Assembly: GCA_963720465.1 (NCBI GenBank)
Contig: OY970393.1
Coordinates: forward strand, 256,001-320,000
Source: Methanobacteriota archaeon
Lineage (GTDB): Archaea; Halobacteriota; Bog-38; Methanoflorentales; Methanoflorentaceae
DNA: 64,000 bases
Reading direction: 5' to 3'
Each line of letters begins with the position of its first letter. Within the stretch, counting starts at the first letter, position 1. Below the pieces are notes generated by a model. That model had not been told where the DNA came from and did no database searches. It was given only the letters and a program-made list of their open reading frames with translations. The translations under genes and the position numbers were made by a program. Positions 60,356 to 64,000 of the stretch are shown here, piece after piece.

Positions 60356-61315
60356 TCACTGTGAGGCTAGTCTCTTTGCCGCCTCTTTGGCAAAATACGT
60401 TACGATCATATCGGCTCCGGCGCGCTTTATCGAAAGGAGCGTCTCGTAGACAGCGTCATCCGTCAAATGGCCGTTGTCGATCGCCGATCGCAACATGGCG
60501 TATTCCCCGCTGACGCTGTACGCTGCGACCGGGACGCCGAAGGTTTGCTTAATCCGGTAGATGATATCAAGATAGGGCAGCGCTGGTTTGATCATAATGA
60601 TATCGGCACCCTCTTCTAAGTCCAAACGCACCTCACGCACCGCTTCGTCGGTGTTGGCAGGATCCATTTGATGAGCTGAGCGATCACCGAACGCGCATCC
60701 CGAATCCACCGCGTCCCGGAACGGCGCATAGAAGCTCGAACAGTATTTTACGGCGTACGGCATGAGGGTGACCCCGTCGAACCCTTCTTCGTCCAGCTTC
60801 GTTCGTATCGCGCCGACCATGCCGTCGATCATGCCCGATGGTGCGACGATGTCGACCCCCGCGCGCGCGTACGATGCCGCGACCCTCTGGAGCATCTCCA
60901 AGGTCGGCCCAGTGCGGATCGTGCCCGCGTCATCGACGATGCCGCAGTGTCCGTGGCTCGTGTACTCACACAGGCAAGTGTCGGCGATAATCGTGGCTTT
61001 TGACACGTCCGCCTTTATCGCGCGTATGGTATTTTGTACGATGCCGCTGAGCGCGGAGCTCCCGGTGTGGTTCTTGTGGCGTGGCACCCCGAACACGATT
61101 ATGGCGGGAATGCCCAGCTCGGTGACCTCCTCGGCTTCGAGCATAGCGGTTTCAACGGTGTGACGAGAGAACCCGGGCAGGGAGGGAATCGGGACCGGCG
61201 CTCGCAGGTTCTCGTCGACAAACAGCGGGCATATCAAATCGTGCGCGTGCAGTGACGTCTCTCGAACCAACGTGCTGATGCCCTTTTTTCGCAGTCGAGC
61301 GGGTCGACCGGCCAC
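60356..61315 (-). CDS. hemB: Porphobilinogen synthase
   Basis: [33 protein letters not shown]. Confidence 0.96.
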   Translation of the reverse strand: MAGRPARLRKKGISTLVRETSLHAHDLICPLFVDENLRAPVPIPSLPGFSRHTVETAMLEAEEVTELGIPAIIVFGVPRHKNHTGSSALSGIVQNTIRAIKADVSKATIIADTCLCEYTSHGHCGIVDDAGTIRTGPTLEMLQRVAASYARAGVDIVAPSGMIDGMVGAIRTKLDEEGFDGVTLMPYAVKYCSSFYAPFRDAVDSGCAFGDRSAHQMDPANTDEAVREVRLDLEEGADIIMIKPALPYLDIIYRIKQTFGVPVAAYSVSGEYAMLRSAIDNGHLTDDAVYETLLSIKRAGADMIVTYFAKEAAKRLASQ

Positions 61316-61316
61316 G

Positions 61317-62564
61317 TCAATCAGCCTCGCGTTTGAAGAGCTTGTGCGCCGAGCGCATCAAGTCATCATCGTCGTTCGCCGCCGCCTCTCGCAGGGAAGC
61401 GGTGAGCTCGAACAGCAGCTTGTTGACGATCGAAGCGGTGAGGTCGTCGAGGATCTGTCGATAGTTGTCCAGATCATCCTCCCTTTGTATGCGTTTGCGC
61501 GCTTTTTCCAGTTCGCGAATTCTGAGCTCCTCTGCGCTCTGATACAAGCCCGCGATCAGCTCATTGGCGCGAGCTTTCTTGTACTGCTCTTCGAGAAGGT
61601 TTAACTCCTGACCGATGATCGCGACTACTTTTCCGATCTCAGAACGCCGCTTTTTAAGGTTGTTCTCCGTGATCTTCCGGAGGTCGTCGATGTTGTGCAG
61701 CTCGACACTGTCGATCGTTGCTACGGCCTCTTCGACGTCCCGCGGGTTGGCGATGTCGATGATGACGAGCGAGTGGCCATTTCGGCGCTGCATCGCGCGG
61801 CTCACCTGATCACGCGTCAATATGCAGTGTGGCGCGGCTGTTGCACTTATAACGAGGTCCGCTTCGCACAGGTAATCGTCGATTGTGTCAAATCGTATCG
61901 CCGTTCCGCCAAGCTGCTTGGCGAGGGTTTGGGCCCGCCGAAAGGTTCTGTTGGACACGAACATCGCTTTCAGTTTTCGTTCGGCGAGGGCGACCATCAC
62001 GAGTGTCCCCAGCTCGCCGGCCCCGATGCTCAGAATCGACTTGTCGTCGAGGGTGCCCATAAGACGTTCGGCAAGGTCGACGGCGGCAGAGCCTACGGAG
62101 ACGGAACCGCGGTTGATCTGTGTCTCGGTTCGCACGCGCTTGCCGACCTTAATAGCTTTGGAAAACGCCAAGCCTAGCTCTAGTCCCAGCGTTCGCTCTT
62201 TGCTCGCGGTTTCCACCGCGTCCTTAAGCTGACCGAGTATTTGGTCCTCGCCGACGATCATCGAATCGAGGCCCGATGCCAGGCGCATCAAGTGTCGGAG
62301 TGACTCGCGTGACTCATAGTGGGCGATGAGCTCGTGGGGCACCGACGGGAAGAAACGTGCGGTGAAAGCGGCGACGTCGAACTCGCTGTTGACGTCGAGG
62401 TAGAGCTCGATCCGGTTGCACGTCTGGACGATGGCACACTCACGAACACCGTCTGCCGAACGCATTGCCCGCAACGCGTCCTTTAGGTCGTCGATGCGGG
62501 CGCACTCGAGATCGTTAAGGCTTGCCCATTTGTGCGAGATTGAGAGGTTGGTAATCCCATTCAC
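61317..62564 (-). CDS. hemA: Glutamyl-tRNA reductase
   Basis: TCNRIE, ASGLDSMIVGEDQILGQ, GAGELG, DIANPRD. Confidence 0.96.
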   Translation of the reverse strand: MNGITNLSISHKWASLNDLECARIDDLKDALRAMRSADGVRECAIVQTCNRIELYLDVNSEFDVAAFTARFFPSVPHELIAHYESRESLRHLMRLASGLDSMIVGEDQILGQLKDAVETASKERTLGLELGLAFSKAIKVGKRVRTETQINRGSVSVGSAAVDLAERLMGTLDDKSILSIGAGELGTLVMVALAERKLKAMFVSNRTFRRAQTLAKQLGGTAIRFDTIDDYLCEADLVISATAAPHCILTRDQVSRAMQRRNGHSLVIIDIANPRDVEEAVATIDSVELHNIDDLRKITENNLKKRRSEIGKVVAIIGQELNLLEEQYKKARANELIAGLYQSAEELRIRELEKARKRIQREDDLDNYRQILDDLTASIVNKLLFELTASLREAAANDDDDLMRSAHKLFKREAD

Positions 62565-62575
62565 GTAAGAACCCC

Positions 62576-63226
62576 TTATATCGTGGCGTGAGACTCGATT
62601 CGCTCGTGTTCCACGATTTCGAGCGCCGCGTGGAGCCCCGCGTCGTAGCTGCTCGCTAGTGCCACCCACACGCCGTGGTCACTGATGATTGACTCAAGGA
62701 TGCGCCTTCGTTCAAGCTGGCTGTCAATCTCCTTTTTTAGAATGCTTCGTAGCTCGCTTTGGAGCGTAACCATGAGGGCGACGTTCTCTATGAGCTCCTC
62801 GATGCGCAGCCTCAGAAATCGGGCTGCCGCGGGACTTTTGCCCATCGTCGAGATCCCGATGTGGATGTCGTCCTTGTGGATGACCGACGGTACGATGACC
62901 TCGCCGATGTCGTCAACCTGGTTTACGAGGATATTCATAGCCTTTGCCTGATCTGCTATTAATCCGTTGAGCGCGCGGTTGTTGGTCGCAGGAACGACAA
63001 TGAACGCGCCTTCGAGGTACTTTTTGACGTCTTTTAGATCGTCGACGATCGCGTCGATGAGCCCACTGTCTGCCATTTTCATCAGTTCAGGAGTGAAGCT
63101 CGTGCTCACTACTCTGGTCGGCCCGTAGGCGCAAAACATCTTGGCCTTCCTCTCTCCGACGTGTCCACCGCCGAATATAACGATGCACTTGTCTCTCAGG
63201 TCGATAAAAAGGGGCACGTGAGCCAT
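62576..63226 (-). CDS. sirC: Precorrin-2 dehydrogenase/sirohydrochlorin ferrochelatase
   Basis: PLFIDL, GGGHVGERK, ISTMGKSP. Confidence 0.9.
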   Translation of the reverse strand: MAHVPLFIDLRDKCIVIFGGGHVGERKAKMFCAYGPTRVVSTSFTPELMKMADSGLIDAIVDDLKDVKKYLEGAFIVVPATNNRALNGLIADQAKAMNILVNQVDDIGEVIVPSVIHKDDIHIGISTMGKSPAAARFLRLRIEELIENVALMVTLQSELRSILKKEIDSQLERRRILESIISDHGVWVALASSYDAGLHAALEIVEHERIESHATI

Positions 63227-63434
63227 AACAATGCCAATTCTGAACGGTGTGATTCGCTGATCGCTCGCCAAAATGACGCAGCGCTCGTTTTAGGATCGCC
63301 CGGCTGGTTCAAATTTCTACCACGTTATCCTCATATAAATGCTTACCTCCAGTCCGGTGGCGTGACGATCGCCGTTGCGTCTCCATTTCAGGCTAAAAAT
63401 CGCGGGAAGAGGGAAGGAGCTGTGCGTAGCCCCT

Positions 63435-64000
63435 TTACTCATGCGTCGTGCTCTCTTCGGGGGATGTCACATCGATTTCTATGTCTTTGAGCGTGCCATC
63501 ATCAGTTTTTACTACGGCAATCAGTTTGATCAGCTTTCCAGCCTGCAGGTCGATCTTTTGCGCGGATCCTTGTGACACCAATTTGCGTAGTGACTTTTGT
63601 GCCCGCCGCTTTACCATGTCACTCGGATCTTGCAGCGCCTTAGCCAACGGATCGAACGCCTTACTGTCACCGATCGTTCCTAGAGCCTTGGTTGAACTGT
63701 ATCGGATTATTGCGTCTCGGTCGGAGAGCAGTGCTATTAACGGCTCTATGGCACGCGCATCGCCTATCTGCCCAAGGGCTTCTATCGACCAGTAACGCGT
63801 GTTTAAGTCCGGGCCATCAATGACCCGTAGCAACGGCTTGACGGCTGGGCGACCGATTTTCACCAGCGCCTCGGCACAATACGCGTCGATCCCTCCCCAG
63901 GTTTTTCTGAAGGCGCTAATGAGGTACAGTATGGCGCGTGTAGAGCCGATCTCTCCCAGCGCCCAGGCGGCGTTCCGGCGTACCGACCAGTGATCGTCGT
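63435..64000 (-). CDS. HEAT/PBS-lyase repeat protein (partial, runs off window end)
   Basis: Repeats VRRNAAWALGEIG, ALGQIGDARAIEPL, ALGTIGDSKAFDPL; frame open to the window end. Confidence 0.88.
   Translation of the reverse strand, partial: DDHWSVRRNAAWALGEIGSTRAILYLISAFRKTWGGIDAYCAEALVKIGRPAVKPLLRVIDGPDLNTRYWSIEALGQIGDARAIEPLIALLSDRDAIIRYSSTKALGTIGDSKAFDPLAKALQDPSDMVKRRAQKSLRKLVSQGSAQKIDLQAGKLIKLIAVVKTDDGTLKDIEIDVTSPEESTTHE

Noticed and set aside
1-64000. CRISPR array or rRNA
   Set aside because: No regularly spaced 25-40 nt repeats and no rRNA signatures seen

Overview
Archaeal chromosomal window. It carries TFE, a histone, aIF-1A, aIF-6, eukaryote-type ribosomal proteins, tRNAs with BHB introns, cdrS-ftsZ and methanofuran genes. 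The gene content suggests a Halobacteriota/Methanomicrobia-related euryarchaeote (inference). Most of the window is housekeeping: surface-glycan genes, trm56/tfe cluster, rio1/rio2, aroAC, cobQ-cbiB, the SRP/ribosomal protein cluster, the tetrapyrrole operon and 10 tRNAs, 3 of them with introns. The unusual part is an accessory block at about 42.3-54.6 kb between mfnE and mfnF/mfnD. It holds a tandem array in which TrmB-like HTH+sensor regulators alternate with HTH-less sensor-only paralogs, headed by a double-HTH member. Two paralogous small 4-Cys proteins with matching promoter sequence lie on either side of the array, and a patatin, a UbiA prenyltransferase and a SAM methyltransferase lie next to it. 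Other signals: likely CUG starts for aIF-1A and an ATP-grasp gene, an 11-bp-phased repeat array in front of cdrS-ftsZ, an in-frame TGA in one TrmB copy, and three G-run frameshifts in core genes that are probably sequencing errors. All calls come from motif recognition by eye; no searches were run.
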